DNA of 32,306 nucleotides from a virus (Duplodnaviria; Heunggongvirae; Uroviricota; Caudoviricetes): positions 1 through 32,306 of IMG/VR virus record IMGVR_UViG_2802429237_000004; one strand, 5' to 3'. Of the stretch, positions 18,462 to 27,738 are shown piece after piece. Under the pieces are notes generated by a model, which saw only the letters and a list, made by a program, of their open reading frames with translations, was not told the origin of the DNA and did no database searches. Both the position numbers and the translations under genes were made by a program. Positions within the stretch are counted from its first letter, which is position 1. Each line of letters opens with the position of its first letter.

Positions 18462-20228
18462 ATGAACACCACACTGACACCCGCAGATCTCGATCCCCGT
18501 CGGCAGGCCATGCTGCTGTACTTTCAGGGATACCGCGTCGCCCGCATTGCTGAAATGCTGGGCGAGAAAGTTGCAACCGTTCACAGCTGGAAAAAACGCG
18601 ACAAGTGGGGTGACTATGGGCCGCTGGATCAGATGCAGCTCACCACCGCCGCACGCTACTGCCAGCTCATTATGAAGGAGCACAAAGAAGGGAAAGATTT
18701 CAAAGAGATTGACCTGCTGGCGCGCCAGTCTGAGCGCCACGCGCGGATCGGCAAGTTTAACAATGGCGGCAACGAAGCTGACTTAAACCCTAACGTCGCC
18801 AACCGCAACAAAGGCCCGCGCCGTCAGCCGGAAAAGAATGTCTTCACCGATGAACAGATTGAGAAGCTGGAAGAAATCTTCCATTCCTCCATGTTCAACT
18901 ACCAGCGCCACTGGTGGGAAGCCGGAAAAACCAACCGCATCCGCAACCTGCTGAAGTCACGCCAGATCGGCGCGACCTTTTACTTTGCCCGTGAAGCCCT
19001 GATTGACGCCCTGCTTACCGGACGTAACCAGATTTTCCTTTCCGCCAGCAAGGCACAGGCCCACGTCTTTAAGCAGTACATCATCGACTTCGCCAAAGAA
19101 GTGGATGTGGAACTGAAAGGCGATCCGATGGTGCTTCCCAACGGGGCCACGCTTTACTTCCTCGGCACCAATGCCCGCACGGCCCAGAGTTACCACGGCA
19201 ACCTGTATCTGGATGAATATTTCTGGATACCGAAATTCCAGGAGCTGCGCAAAGTGGCTTCCGGTATGGCTATTCACAAAAAATGGCGACAGACCTATTT
19301 TTCCACGCCATCCAGTCTGACACACAGTGCTTATCCGTTCTGGTCCGGTGCGCTGTTCAACCGTGGGCGCAACAAAGCCGATAAGGTGGACATCGACCTG
19401 TCCCACAGCAATCTGGCCCCCGGCCTGCTGTGCGCAGACGGGCAATACCGCCAGATAGTCACCGTGGAAGATGCGGTGCGCGGCGGCTGCAACCTGTTCG
19501 ACCTTGACCAGTTGCGCATGGAGTACAGCCCGGACGAATACCAGAACCTGCTGATGTGCGAGTTCGTGGACGATCTCGCGTCCGTGTTCCCGCTCAGCGA
19601 GCTGCAGGCGTGCATGGTGGACAGCTGGGAAGTCTGGACCGACTTTCATGCACTGGCACTGCGCCCGTTTGGCTGGCGCGAAGTGTGGATCGGTTATGAC
19701 CCGGCGAAAGGTACGCAGAACGGCGACAGTGCCGGATGCGTGGTGGTGGCACCGCCAGCCGTGCCGGGCGGCAAGTTCCGCATTCTTGAGCGTCACCAGT
19801 GGCGCGGGATGGACTTTCGCGCCCAGGCTGACGCCATCAAAAAACTGACCGAACAGTACAACGTGACCTATATCGGCATCGACTCAACCGGCGTTGGTCA
19901 CGGGGTTTACGAGAACGTGAAAGCGTTTTTTCCTGCCGTCCGGGAGTTTGTCTACAACCCCAACGTTAAAAACGCCCTGGTACTCAAGGCCTACGACATT
20001 ATCAGCCACCGCCGTCTGGAGTTTGACGCCGGACACACCGACATAGCGCAGTCATTTATGGCAATCCGTCGCGCCACCACCGCCAGTGGCAACCGCCCGA
20101 CCTATGAAGCCAGCCGCAGCGAAGAAGCCAGCCACGCCGATCTGGCCTGGGCAACCATGCACGCACTGTTTAACGAACCGCTGCAGGGCGAGTCCGCCAA
20201 TACCAGCAATATTGTGGAGATTTTTTGA
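18462..20228 (+). CDS. P: Terminase large (ATPase) subunit P
   Basis: 588-aa ORF divergent from O and followed by portal Q with overlapping stop/start (TGATG); P2 gpP size and position. Confidence 0.9.
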   Translation: MNTTLTPADLDPRRQAMLLYFQGYRVARIAEMLGEKVATVHSWKKRDKWGDYGPLDQMQLTTAARYCQLIMKEHKEGKDFKEIDLLARQSERHARIGKFNNGGNEADLNPNVANRNKGPRRQPEKNVFTDEQIEKLEEIFHSSMFNYQRHWWEAGKTNRIRNLLKSRQIGATFYFAREALIDALLTGRNQIFLSASKAQAHVFKQYIIDFAKEVDVELKGDPMVLPNGATLYFLGTNARTAQSYHGNLYLDEYFWIPKFQELRKVASGMAIHKKWRQTYFSTPSSLTHSAYPFWSGALFNRGRNKADKVDIDLSHSNLAPGLLCADGQYRQIVTVEDAVRGGCNLFDLDQLRMEYSPDEYQNLLMCEFVDDLASVFPLSELQACMVDSWEVWTDFHALALRPFGWREVWIGYDPAKGTQNGDSAGCVVVAPPAVPGGKFRILERHQWRGMDFRAQADAIKKLTEQYNVTYIGIDSTGVGHGVYENVKAFFPAVREFVYNPNVKNALVLKAYDIISHRRLEFDAGHTDIAQSFMAIRRATTASGNRPTYEASRSEEASHADLAWATMHALFNEPLQGESANTSNIVEIF

Positions 20229-21265
20229 TGGGAAAGAGTAAAAAGAACCGCGCTGCGGCGACGAAACAGATCCAGCTTAAAAGCCAGACTACAGCCGAAG
20301 CATTCAGCTTCGGCGATCCCGTTCCTGTTCTGGACCGCCGAGAACTGCTGGACTATGTGGAATGCGTACAGATGGACCGTTGGTATGAGCCGCCCGTCAG
20401 CTTTGACGGACTGGCGCGCACCTTCCGCGCTGCCGTGCATCACAGTTCCCCGATTGCAGTAAAGTGCAACATTCTGACCAGTACCTATATCCCTCATCCG
20501 CTGCTCAGCCAGCAGGCTTTTTCGCGTTTTGTGCAGGACTATCTGGTATTTGGTAACGCCTACCTGGAGAAACGCACGAACCGCTTCGGTGAAGTTATCG
20601 CCCTTGAGCCTGCGCTGGCAAAATACACCCGACGCGGATTAGACCTGGATACCTACTGGTTTGTGCAATACGGCATGACTACGCAGCCGTATCAGTTCAC
20701 GAAAGGCAGCATTTTTCATCTGATGGAACCGGACATCAACCAGGAGATCTACGGCCTGCCCGGTTATCTTTCTGCCATTCCGTCAGCCCTGCTCAACGAG
20801 TCCGCCACGCTGTTCCGCCGGAAGTATTACATTAACGGTAGTCATGCAGGCTTCATCATGTACATGACCGATGCCGCGCAGAACCAGGAAGACGTGAACA
20901 ACCTCCGCAACGCAATGAAAAGCGCCAAAGGACCGGGTAACTTCCGCAACCTGTTTATGTACTCGCCTAACGGGAAAAAGGACGGACTTCAGATTATCCC
21001 GTTGTCAGAAGTGGCGGCGAAGGATGAGTTTCTAAACATCAAGAACGTGAGCCGGGATGACATGATGGCGGCGCATCGTGTGCCACCGCAAATGATGGGG
21101 ATTATGCCTAATAATGTTGGGGGATTTGGGGATGTAGAGAAAGCTAGTAATGTATTTGTGCGAAATGAATTACTACCATTGCAAAAGCGAATCACAGAAT
21201 TTAATGAGTGGATAGGAAACAATGTAGTTCAATTTGAGCCTTATACTTTCGAGATTAGAGAATAA
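20228..21265 (+). CDS. Q: Portal protein Q
   Basis: ORF-track start at 20225 is a TTG; the ATG at 20228 (MGKSKKNR) overlaps the P stop; about 345 aa, P2 gpQ size and position; the last 150 nt or so are conspicuously AT-rich. Confidence 0.9.
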   Translation: MGKSKKNRAAATKQIQLKSQTTAEAFSFGDPVPVLDRRELLDYVECVQMDRWYEPPVSFDGLARTFRAAVHHSSPIAVKCNILTSTYIPHPLLSQQAFSRFVQDYLVFGNAYLEKRTNRFGEVIALEPALAKYTRRGLDLDTYWFVQYGMTTQPYQFTKGSIFHLMEPDINQEIYGLPGYLSAIPSALLNESATLFRRKYYINGSHAGFIMYMTDAAQNQEDVNNLRNAMKSAKGPGNFRNLFMYSPNGKKDGLQIIPLSEVAAKDEFLNIKNVSRDDMMAAHRVPPQMMGIMPNNVGGFGDVEKASNVFVRNELLPLQKRITEFNEWIGNNVVQFEPYTFEIRE

Positions 21266-21289
21266 AATATACTATTAAAACAAGGTAAT

Positions 21290-21308
21290 GGCCGATTTAA
21301 TATCGGCC
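21290..21308. terminator. Bidirectional hairpin between convergent Q and the DUF4062-like cargo gene
   Basis: ggccgat-ttaat-atcggcc perfect 7-bp stem in the 49-nt gap between the two stop codons, with T-rich flanks on both sides. Confidence 0.5.
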
Positions 21309-21314
21309 TTTAAA

Positions 21315-22346
21315 CTATCTTTTTATTGCTCGTAGAGTAGTCATTAAATTCTCCCCATAAGGGGTTAAGGTCCAATATGTACCCTTGTCTTTTACACTTC
21401 TATTTCTTTCACTTTGGACCATAAGCCCTAGAGCTCGGAATTGTACTTTGATTGTCTGGACATCAGAACTATCCATACGAATAAACTTTATATGCATATT
21501 TTTAAAATCATCATCCGACCTCAACCCTGCCTCAACAATTTCATAGATGGAAGCGTTGATCAACGTTTTTAATCTATCATCGGAAATTTCATCAATCATA
21601 TAGGGAGAAATATAGGAAAATAATGAATTCCAACTTATCTGAGAGGTCCACTCATACTCTGAACCATCAGATGTCCACTCTGTAGGAGAAGCATGGAAGC
21701 TACATTTAAAAGTAAATAAATCGTCTCCTTGTGCAAGATCCTCAGTCCCTTTCGGTGCAGTTGTGGTATTCTTACTTAATTGATTTTCAAGTTCCTCAAT
21801 AGTCCTCTTCAACCCAAGAATTTCTTTTGCTGAACTCTCACTAGTAACTAAATCTCCACGAACCCATCCTACAGCAGGATGATCTTTAATAAGCCTAATC
21901 AAACTTCTACTGACTTGGCTTCCTAAGTCCGCAGGAGTTTCCCAGAATCGGCAAAGTTTCTTTTTAACAAGCTCTTCAAATGCTTCTAGCTTTTCTTTTC
22001 CTTGAGGAGATGGCTCACATCGCTGGGATGGTAAAAGACCTTTATTTTTGTGCAAAAAACCAATTACTGGCTTTCCTGATTCAACAGCGTAACGATACTC
22101 CATCTCAGTATAACTTATCCCATCAGGCCCTAAGGAACCGTAACGCCCCGCAAGGATTACAATGTAATAATCACTATCATCAATTATTTTCTTTATTAAG
22201 CTCCATTGATCACTATTAGTAGCAGGAAACAACTCCATACCAGCAGGTATACAATCCAGCTCTAAAAGAGCCTGCATGACCTCTTGACGTTCAGTTTCCA
22301 GGTCTGAGTATGTTGAACTAACAAAAACTTGATACCGCTTGTCCAA
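21315..22346 (-). CDS. AT-rich cargo gene: protein with DUF4062-like N-terminal module and unknown C-terminal domain (candidate defence/abortive-infection effector)
   Basis: 343-aa ORF; N-terminus YQVFVSSTYSDLETERQEVMQALLELDCIPAGMELFPA...DYYIVILAGRYGS matches my recollection of the DUF4062 signature; in-frame start is TTG preceded by GAGGGA at good spacing (no upstream in-frame ATG; the next ATG would cut the conserved motif); flanked by terminator hairpins. Confidence 0.6.
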   Translation of the reverse strand: MDKRYQVFVSSTYSDLETERQEVMQALLELDCIPAGMELFPATNSDQWSLIKKIIDDSDYYIVILAGRYGSLGPDGISYTEMEYRYAVESGKPVIGFLHKNKGLLPSQRCEPSPQGKEKLEAFEELVKKKLCRFWETPADLGSQVSRSLIRLIKDHPAVGWVRGDLVTSESSAKEILGLKRTIEELENQLSKNTTTAPKGTEDLAQGDDLFTFKCSFHASPTEWTSDGSEYEWTSQISWNSLFSYISPYMIDEISDDRLKTLINASIYEIVEAGLRSDDDFKNMHIKFIRMDSSDVQTIKVQFRALGLMVQSERNRSVKDKGTYWTLTPYGENLMTTLRAIKR

Positions 22347-22414
22347 ACCGCATCCCTCATGATTATTACTTTAAACAATGTAATATTTTTTACTCCATAT
22401 TTAATTTGCGCGCA

Positions 22415-22433
22415 ATCGTATCCCCGCCACGCC
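22415..22433 (-). other. cos-like cohesive-end site
   Basis: Minus-strand GGCGTGGCGGGGATACGAT; the first 13 nt match the 19-nt cohesive end of P2/186 as I recall it (GGCG[A/T]GGCGGGGAAAGCA[C/T]); lies between the SOS operon terminator and the cargo gene. Confidence 0.45.
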
Positions 22434-22478
22434 TGCCCGCTTTATGTAGTGGTTTTCATGCACCTGCATAATCTACGC

Positions 22479-22502
22479 AAAAGCCCGCCAGTTCTGGCGG
22501 GC
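22479..22502 (-). terminator. Rho-independent terminator ending the SOS (tum/dinI-like) operon
   Basis: gcccgcc-agttct-ggcgggc stem-loop followed on the minus strand by TTTT, about 135 nt downstream of the dinI-like stop. Confidence 0.55.
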
Positions 22503-22637
22503 CTTAGCAAAAACGATCCTCAAACGATCATGCGATCTCATGCGGCATAGACATGCACTACAGAGTTAACGCCTCGCAAGGGCTCGTTGTTCAACCTTGC
22601 TGACGCCAGAAGCAAGTTCAGACGCCAGCAACGTTTC

Positions 22638-22871
22638 TTAATGCAGCCAGCTGTCGTCTTCCCACACCTTCTGCATAATTTTCATCACTTGTTTTCTTTC
22701 TTCGTCCAGTTGCAGTCCGGTTAGTTCCACACCGTTAGAGCTACCTTTGCGAATGCGAATTACCGTTTTGGGATACAGGGGGCGCAGATTGCGGTAAAGC
22801 TCGGATTCAAGGGCGTCCAGGGTAGACTGGCTAATCTTCTGCTCTTTATCGATCATTATTTCAATGCGCAT
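22638..22871 (-). CDS. DinI-family protein (second gene of SOS operon)
   Basis: Start set at the internal MRIEIMIDKEQ, preceded by GAGGTG Shine-Dalgarno; 77 aa; N-terminus and C-terminal ...VWEDDSWLH resemble E. coli DinI and the C-terminal half of 186 Tum as I recall them. Confidence 0.6.
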   Translation of the reverse strand: MRIEIMIDKEQKISQSTLDALESELYRNLRPLYPKTVIRIRKGSSNGVELTGLQLDEERKQVMKIMQKVWEDDSWLH

Positions 22872-22881
22872 AAAAGTCACC

Positions 22882-23070
22882 TCAGCTGATGACATCCATT
22901 GAGCGGTTGTATTCGTGGGTTCTGATTTTTGCCATGAGTTCATCAGTCAATTCAGAAACCCACTGCAGAGCCAGCCCCTTCTCTTCATCACTACACTCAC
23001 TAGCCGCTACAAGCTTAAGAAAAAAATCAATGCGCTGGAGCTTCAAAGACTCCAAAAAATAGTCCTGCAT
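22882..23070 (-). CDS. Small SOS-operon protein (possibly the N-terminal part of a Tum-like antirepressor)
   Basis: Start set at the internal MQDYFLESL, which has a perfect AGGAGGAAAG Shine-Dalgarno directly upstream and lies 30-60 nt downstream of LexA boxes; the ORF-track start at 23172 would place the LexA boxes inside the coding sequence. Confidence 0.5.
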   Translation of the reverse strand: MQDYFLESLKLQRIDFFLKLVAASECSDEEKGLALQWVSELTDELMAKIRTHEYNRSMDVIS

Positions 23071-23098
23071 CTTTCCTCCTATGACACCACACGCAACA

Positions 23099-23129
23099 CT
23101 GTATGTATAACCACTGTTTATATTTACAG
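23099..23129. promoter_or_regulatory. Tandem LexA (SOS) boxes at the promoter of the tum/dinI-like operon
   Basis: Perfect CTG-N10-CAG with AT-rich core (ctgtttatatttacag, about 23114-23129) abutting an imperfect copy (ctgtatgtataaccac, about 23099-23114); LexA consensus is CTGTATATATATACAG. Confidence 0.6.
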
Positions 23130-23223
23130 CATATAATAATCTTACTGATGTAAAACGTTTTTTTACGTTCATCAGCCTGATATGCCTGGTATTATTAAGA
23201 GCACGAATTGTTAACCCGCGTAA

Positions 23224-25638
23224 TTAATACAGGTTCCGCCACTGATCATCTTCCTGCAAACGCTGGTTCCGATAGAAGATACGCAGGCCTGCTCCTGACG
23301 GAATACTGCCTCCGCGAAGGAGTAAATCGACCTCTTTCTCGCTGCCATCAAATCCTCTGGACTTCAGCTCATACACGAGCTGCAGTCGCTGATGGTCTGT
23401 AATTCGCTGTTTGTAGTCTTTACGCCGTTTCGGTTTCACCAGGCGTAACCTTGCTGCCAGTTCCCGGCGCTCTTTTTTGCTCATACTGTGCAGGTAATCG
23501 TGCAACTCCTTGTCATCCATGCTGGTAATGTCCGTTCTGGGGTCCCCATCAGCTGATTTATCTTTCTCCTGTTGGTTCAAATTTTCAGCAAGGGGACAGT
23601 TATTGCCACGAGTCCAAGGGGCGCAAGCGCCCTGGTCGGCTGCCGCCTCCTGAACGTCAACGGCCTTACGAACCATTTTCCACTTCACCGCATGAGTGCA
23701 GATCTTGCCCTCTGCAATGGGTGACCAGATGCCATAAATACGAATACCGTGATCGCCATATGCGGTCGGTTCTTCGTTGATTTCATAAGCAGTTCTGATG
23801 AGGTGATATTTGCGGGGAACCAGTACGCCGCCCTGCTTCATGATGTAGGTGGCAAAACAACCAACATCAGCAGCAGCCAGGATTGCATCAAGGCGCGGGT
23901 TATCCAGTACCGGCGCACCTGCTTTTTTGTCCCCCTGTTGCCTTGCCGCCTGACCAGCCAGCAATCGCAGTTCACGGTAAGCCTGACGCCCCGGAATGCC
24001 AAAGAAGCGGAATTGCTGAACACGATGCAGAGACGCCCAGGCATTAACGTATTCAGCGTTATCACGCAGGGATTTACCCGTTTCCTTGCTGATCTCGCCA
24101 GCCAGACCACGCCCGTCAATGTTCTTACTGATGTATTTCGCGATGTAGCTTGTTGGCGTACCTTTGCGCGGGTTTATCAGCTCAGACTTAAAGCGTGGTC
24201 CCGTGTTATTACCCAGCTCCTCGCGGTCTTCACGAATGGCAAACTTACGCAACAAAGCAGTAATGGTGCGGCGATCTTTTTTGCGCATAAAACACAACAG
24301 GTGCCAGTGAACTGTACCGTCATGATGCGGCTCAGCCACCCGCACGCCATACCAGCGCAATCCGGCTTTGTGCATCGCCTTACGAAATGCAGCAAACATG
24401 CCGACCAGATAATCACTGCTTTGTCTTACCGTCGTATTTGTCCAGGTCGGGTTGGGCCTGCCGTTATTTAGCGTGGAATGGAAACGTGACGGACAGGTGA
24501 TGGTGTAGAAAACGGCGCAGTCACCGCGCATTTCCGCGATAAGCTCCAGACCTTTAACACAGGCCATCATCTCATTGCGGCGATGCGCAGGGTTGCTGCT
24601 GCTGGCGTTTACCACATCCTCCATGTCCAGCATGTCGCCGTCTTCGTTCACCAGTTCATGAGAACGGAAAAACTCCAGCGACTTACGGCGCTGCTCACGT
24701 TTATGCATCACGGCTTCATAGCTGACATAGGGAGATGCTTTTTTGCTGACCAGGCAAACAGCACGCAACTGCTCTTCCCGCCATTCGCAACGCATCTTCC
24801 ATAATTTCCGGTACCACCAATCGGCGCACAACATACGCGCCAGCGAACCCGGAATGAGTTCATAGGGCACGGGTTTACGGCGGTTTCTTTTCCGGCGGAG
24901 TTGCTCAAACGCAGGCGGTATGACATCCAGTCGCAGGGTTTCTGCTGCCACCTTTTCCCATGTCTTGCGGATTTCTTCTGGCTTAACGTCATCGGTGGCA
25001 TACAAATCGCCACAAGCTGCATCAAGGCACATGCTCATATGCGCAGCAACAAGGGTGGACAGGCGTTTCACCTGATCCTGACTCATTTCAGGCAGGATCA
25101 GCAGGCCGTCCAGCCCTTCATGGCTTGCCATAAAGCGAAAAGAAGTGGATAGCTGACTGTCGCGTACATGCTCCAGCCGTTCCAGACATGGCTTAATCGT
25201 CTCACGCAAATAGCGGGAATAAGCCTTTGGCCTGCCAAGGCTGCTGAAGTATTCAATACGTTGCATCAGCGGCCTGCTGATATGGGAAGGCTGGGCGTTA
25301 ACGTCTGCCAGAATGACCATGTCCGGGTTAAAACGCTGCTGCTCATGCGCCAACTTTGCCCGGCTAATGAGCTTATCCTGCTCCATTTCGCGCTGGACAG
25401 GATCACGGGATTCATTAAAGAAATAACGCTCCCAAACCTGATCACTCAGTGCCTCGCGGCGCAGTTGTTCCTGCTCGTTATCGGCAGCGTACAGAGTGAT
25501 CAGGTTTGAAAGCGCAGAAACCGGCGCAACTTCCGCCGGGTCCAGATAAGGGTTAATAGCCTTTTTCGGGCTGTTCCATGAGAATGCTGCGGCGGCCTCG
25601 TTAAAGCCGCTGCAGTTGTTCATATCAGCATGGCTCAT
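23224..25638 (-). CDS. A: Rolling-circle replication initiator A
   Basis: 804-aa ORF with an HUH-type motif ([10 protein letters not shown]) and a Y-x-x-K-Y pair (SYIAKYISK); last gene of the early operon, start overlapping the Dam stop (ATGA). Confidence 0.8.
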   Translation of the reverse strand: MSHADMNNCSGFNEAAAAFSWNSPKKAINPYLDPAEVAPVSALSNLITLYAADNEQEQLRREALSDQVWERYFFNESRDPVQREMEQDKLISRAKLAHEQQRFNPDMVILADVNAQPSHISRPLMQRIEYFSSLGRPKAYSRYLRETIKPCLERLEHVRDSQLSTSFRFMASHEGLDGLLILPEMSQDQVKRLSTLVAAHMSMCLDAACGDLYATDDVKPEEIRKTWEKVAAETLRLDVIPPAFEQLRRKRNRRKPVPYELIPGSLARMLCADWWYRKLWKMRCEWREEQLRAVCLVSKKASPYVSYEAVMHKREQRRKSLEFFRSHELVNEDGDMLDMEDVVNASSSNPAHRRNEMMACVKGLELIAEMRGDCAVFYTITCPSRFHSTLNNGRPNPTWTNTTVRQSSDYLVGMFAAFRKAMHKAGLRWYGVRVAEPHHDGTVHWHLLCFMRKKDRRTITALLRKFAIREDREELGNNTGPRFKSELINPRKGTPTSYIAKYISKNIDGRGLAGEISKETGKSLRDNAEYVNAWASLHRVQQFRFFGIPGRQAYRELRLLAGQAARQQGDKKAGAPVLDNPRLDAILAAADVGCFATYIMKQGGVLVPRKYHLIRTAYEINEEPTAYGDHGIRIYGIWSPIAEGKICTHAVKWKMVRKAVDVQEAAADQGACAPWTRGNNCPLAENLNQQEKDKSADGDPRTDITSMDDKELHDYLHSMSKKERRELAARLRLVKPKRRKDYKQRITDHQRLQLVYELKSRGFDGSEKEVDLLLRGGSIPSGAGLRIFYRNQRLQEDDQWRNLY

Positions 25639-26492
25639 GCACGCACTCCGTACACGGCAGAACTATCCACGCCACGCGAAGGATCAAATCCCACCCAGCA
25701 GCGCGCCCCAGAAACAGCGATGATTTCTGTTGCAGATTTACTCTCGCCAGCCGACACGCCGATGCTGCGTTTTGCCTTGATGTAGTGGTGAGTGAAATTT
25801 CGATACAGCGAACGGATCAGGGATGTGTCACTGTTAGAAACAATGACTGGATGACCTTCTGATGATCGATATTCAAGAACAGATGCCAGGTGATACTGGT
25901 CATCTTCAGTGAAGCCGTCAGTGTGATAGCCGGAAAACGTACCGTCATAAGGCGGATCGCAATACACCACATCCCCCACCTGCAGCATCGCCAGCGTTTC
26001 ATCAAAGCTGGCGCAGATAAACGTTGCTCGCTGGGCTTTCTCTGCAAATGCGCGAATTTCTTTTTCAGGGAAATACGGATTTTTATAATTACCGTATGGA
26101 ATGTTGAAATGCCCGCTCTTGTTATAACGACATAACCCACGGTAACCATGACGATTGAGATACAGGAAATATACCGCTTTCATGAAATCAGTAATTTCAG
26201 TGGAGTAATTAAACTCCTGCCTTATGTTGTAATAAGCCAACTCCCTGTTTGCTTCCTCAAATAAAGCTCTGGCACGAGATATAAACGCCTCGCAATCAGC
26301 AGCAACCTTTTTATAGAGGTTGATTAAATCAGGATTAATATCCGCAACAAGATAGCTGGGGTAATCCGTCTCCATCATCACAGCACAGGAACCCGCGAAA
26401 GGTTCAACCAGTCGCGGGCCAGCAGGAAGATGTTTTTTCAGTTCGGACATAATGGCAGTTTTATTACCCGCCCATTTCAGGATGGTACTCAT
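25635..26492 (-). CDS. DNA N6-adenine methyltransferase (Dam family)
   Basis: Start moved to [11 protein letters not shown] (ORF-track start is upstream and overlaps the previous gene); KWAGNK AdoMet-type N-terminal motif and DPPY catalytic motif ([10 protein letters not shown]). Confidence 0.85.
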
Positions 26493-26791
26493 ACAGCACC
26501 TCCTGCAATAACATATCCTAAAGCTTCTAATGGGGTTAATGGGCGAATTGATAGCATCACCCATTGTTCTGAAACTGCCATGACGTCATTAACCGGAAGC
26601 ACATGAGAGATAACAGCGGCCCATTCCCTACCCGTAAATACGCCATGCTTCCATTCGCAAAGAGAAAGAACATCACCAACTTTATAGCCACGATCGTCTT
26701 TACGAAGTTCAGCCGTCTTTTGACCTGCAACCACAGCGTTGAAATACTTAGGTGCAATTTTTAATTGATGGATACGCACTGCCCTTGTCAT
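26489..26791 (-). CDS. ASCH/PUA-like (DUF3850-type) small protein
   Basis: Start moved to MTRAVRIHQ, preceded by GGAGG and overlapping the TraR stop (ATGA); about 100 aa; family assignment from memory, low certainty. Confidence 0.55.
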
Positions 26792-27015
26792 ACAGCACCT
26801 CCGTTGTAATGTTTGCCTTTCAGCTCTGCGATTTCCTGGCAGGTAATGCAAAGCTGCACTCCCGGAATGGCGCGGCGTCGTGCTGGCGGAATTGGCGCTT
26901 CACATTCAATACAAAGCACGCGAGACACGCCCGGTGTTTTGGCACGGGCAGCACGAATATGGCGCTGGCGTTCTTCTTCAACGCGCTGCTGTACGAGATC
27001 CATTGCATCAGCCAT
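26788..27015 (-). CDS. TraR/DksA-family C4 zinc-finger protein
   Basis: 75-aa ORF with CIECEAPIP...CITCQ (two CxxC pairs) typical of phage TraR-like proteins. Confidence 0.75.
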
Positions 27016-27254
27016 TAGTGGATCTCCTGCGCTTCGTTCTGGATTGCTTCAGCAGTTACACGCAGCAGTTCTGCCGCTTCGACGTGGTTTAGCTGGCGGG
27101 ATGTGATATGACACGCCAGGCTATCAAGGCGAGCTGCCATTGCTTCAGCCCTTGCCCGACGTTCTTCCAGACGAGCCTCTGTCAGTAAAATATTAAGCCC
27201 TGCGTCATCCGGTCCGGTTTTAGTCGTGAGGATTTCAATATTACGCATAATCAA
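27015..27254 (-). CDS. Hypothetical early protein
   Basis: 79-aa ORF in the early operon; its stop overlaps the TraR start (TAATG); no function recognised. Confidence 0.5.
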   Translation of the reverse strand: MIMRNIEILTTKTGPDDAGLNILLTEARLEERRARAEAMAARLDSLACHITSRQLNHVEAAELLRVTAEAIQNEAQEIH

Positions 27255-27315
27255 TTCTCCTGAATTTAGATAAAGGGATGCCCGGCGGGTTTACGCCATT
27301 AATTTCATTAGTTGG

Positions 27316-27657
27316 TTAATTCGGCATGGTTAGCCGTCTGGGAAATAAGCTCACCACTGCACGAAAATGATTCATTGCTTTAATCAGCTCCCGCTTTTCG
27401 TCAGTGGTCAGCTCATTAATGCTGATGCTATGACGTGCAGCTGGAATTTTTGCCATAAAGAATATGGCAGCCAGTGCCCGTTTATTTTGTTCATTATTGA
27501 TATCCCGTGGATCACGCATATCTTTAATAAACCGCTCAAGCTCTGACTCAATATTCAGGCCAAAAACTTTCGCCCTTAATTCCGCTATGTGATTAAGTCC
27601 ATTCAGGCGTTCACCGGGACTTAATGGAACAGTCGCCGCAGCGCCTTCAATAGCCAT
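27316..27657 (-). CDS. Hypothetical early protein
   Basis: 113-aa ORF on the early-operon strand; no function recognised. Confidence 0.5.
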   Translation of the reverse strand: MAIEGAAATVPLSPGERLNGLNHIAELRAKVFGLNIESELERFIKDMRDPRDINNEQNKRALAAIFFMAKIPAARHSISINELTTDEKRELIKAMNHFRAVVSLFPRRLTMPN

Positions 27658-27738
27658 TTATGCATCCCACAACACATCTACTAAAAAATTTTTGATATGA
27701 TCCATTACCAACATATTGATAGCTAGAAGGAATCATCA

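Noticed and set aside
18957-19796. 279-aa minus-strand ORF inside terminase gene P
   Set aside because: Shadow ORF antisense to a well-supported gene; His/Arg/Gly-rich composition typical of GC-rich antisense frames.
22882-23172. Longer 96-aa form of the first SOS-operon ORF starting at 23172
   Set aside because: That start would put the LexA boxes and the AGGAGG ribosome-binding site inside the coding sequence; the internal ATG at 23070 with a perfect Shine-Dalgarno is more plausible.
23749-24471. 240-aa plus-strand ORF inside replication gene A
   Set aside because: Antisense to the A gene, which carries recognisable HUH and YxxKY motifs; no independent support.
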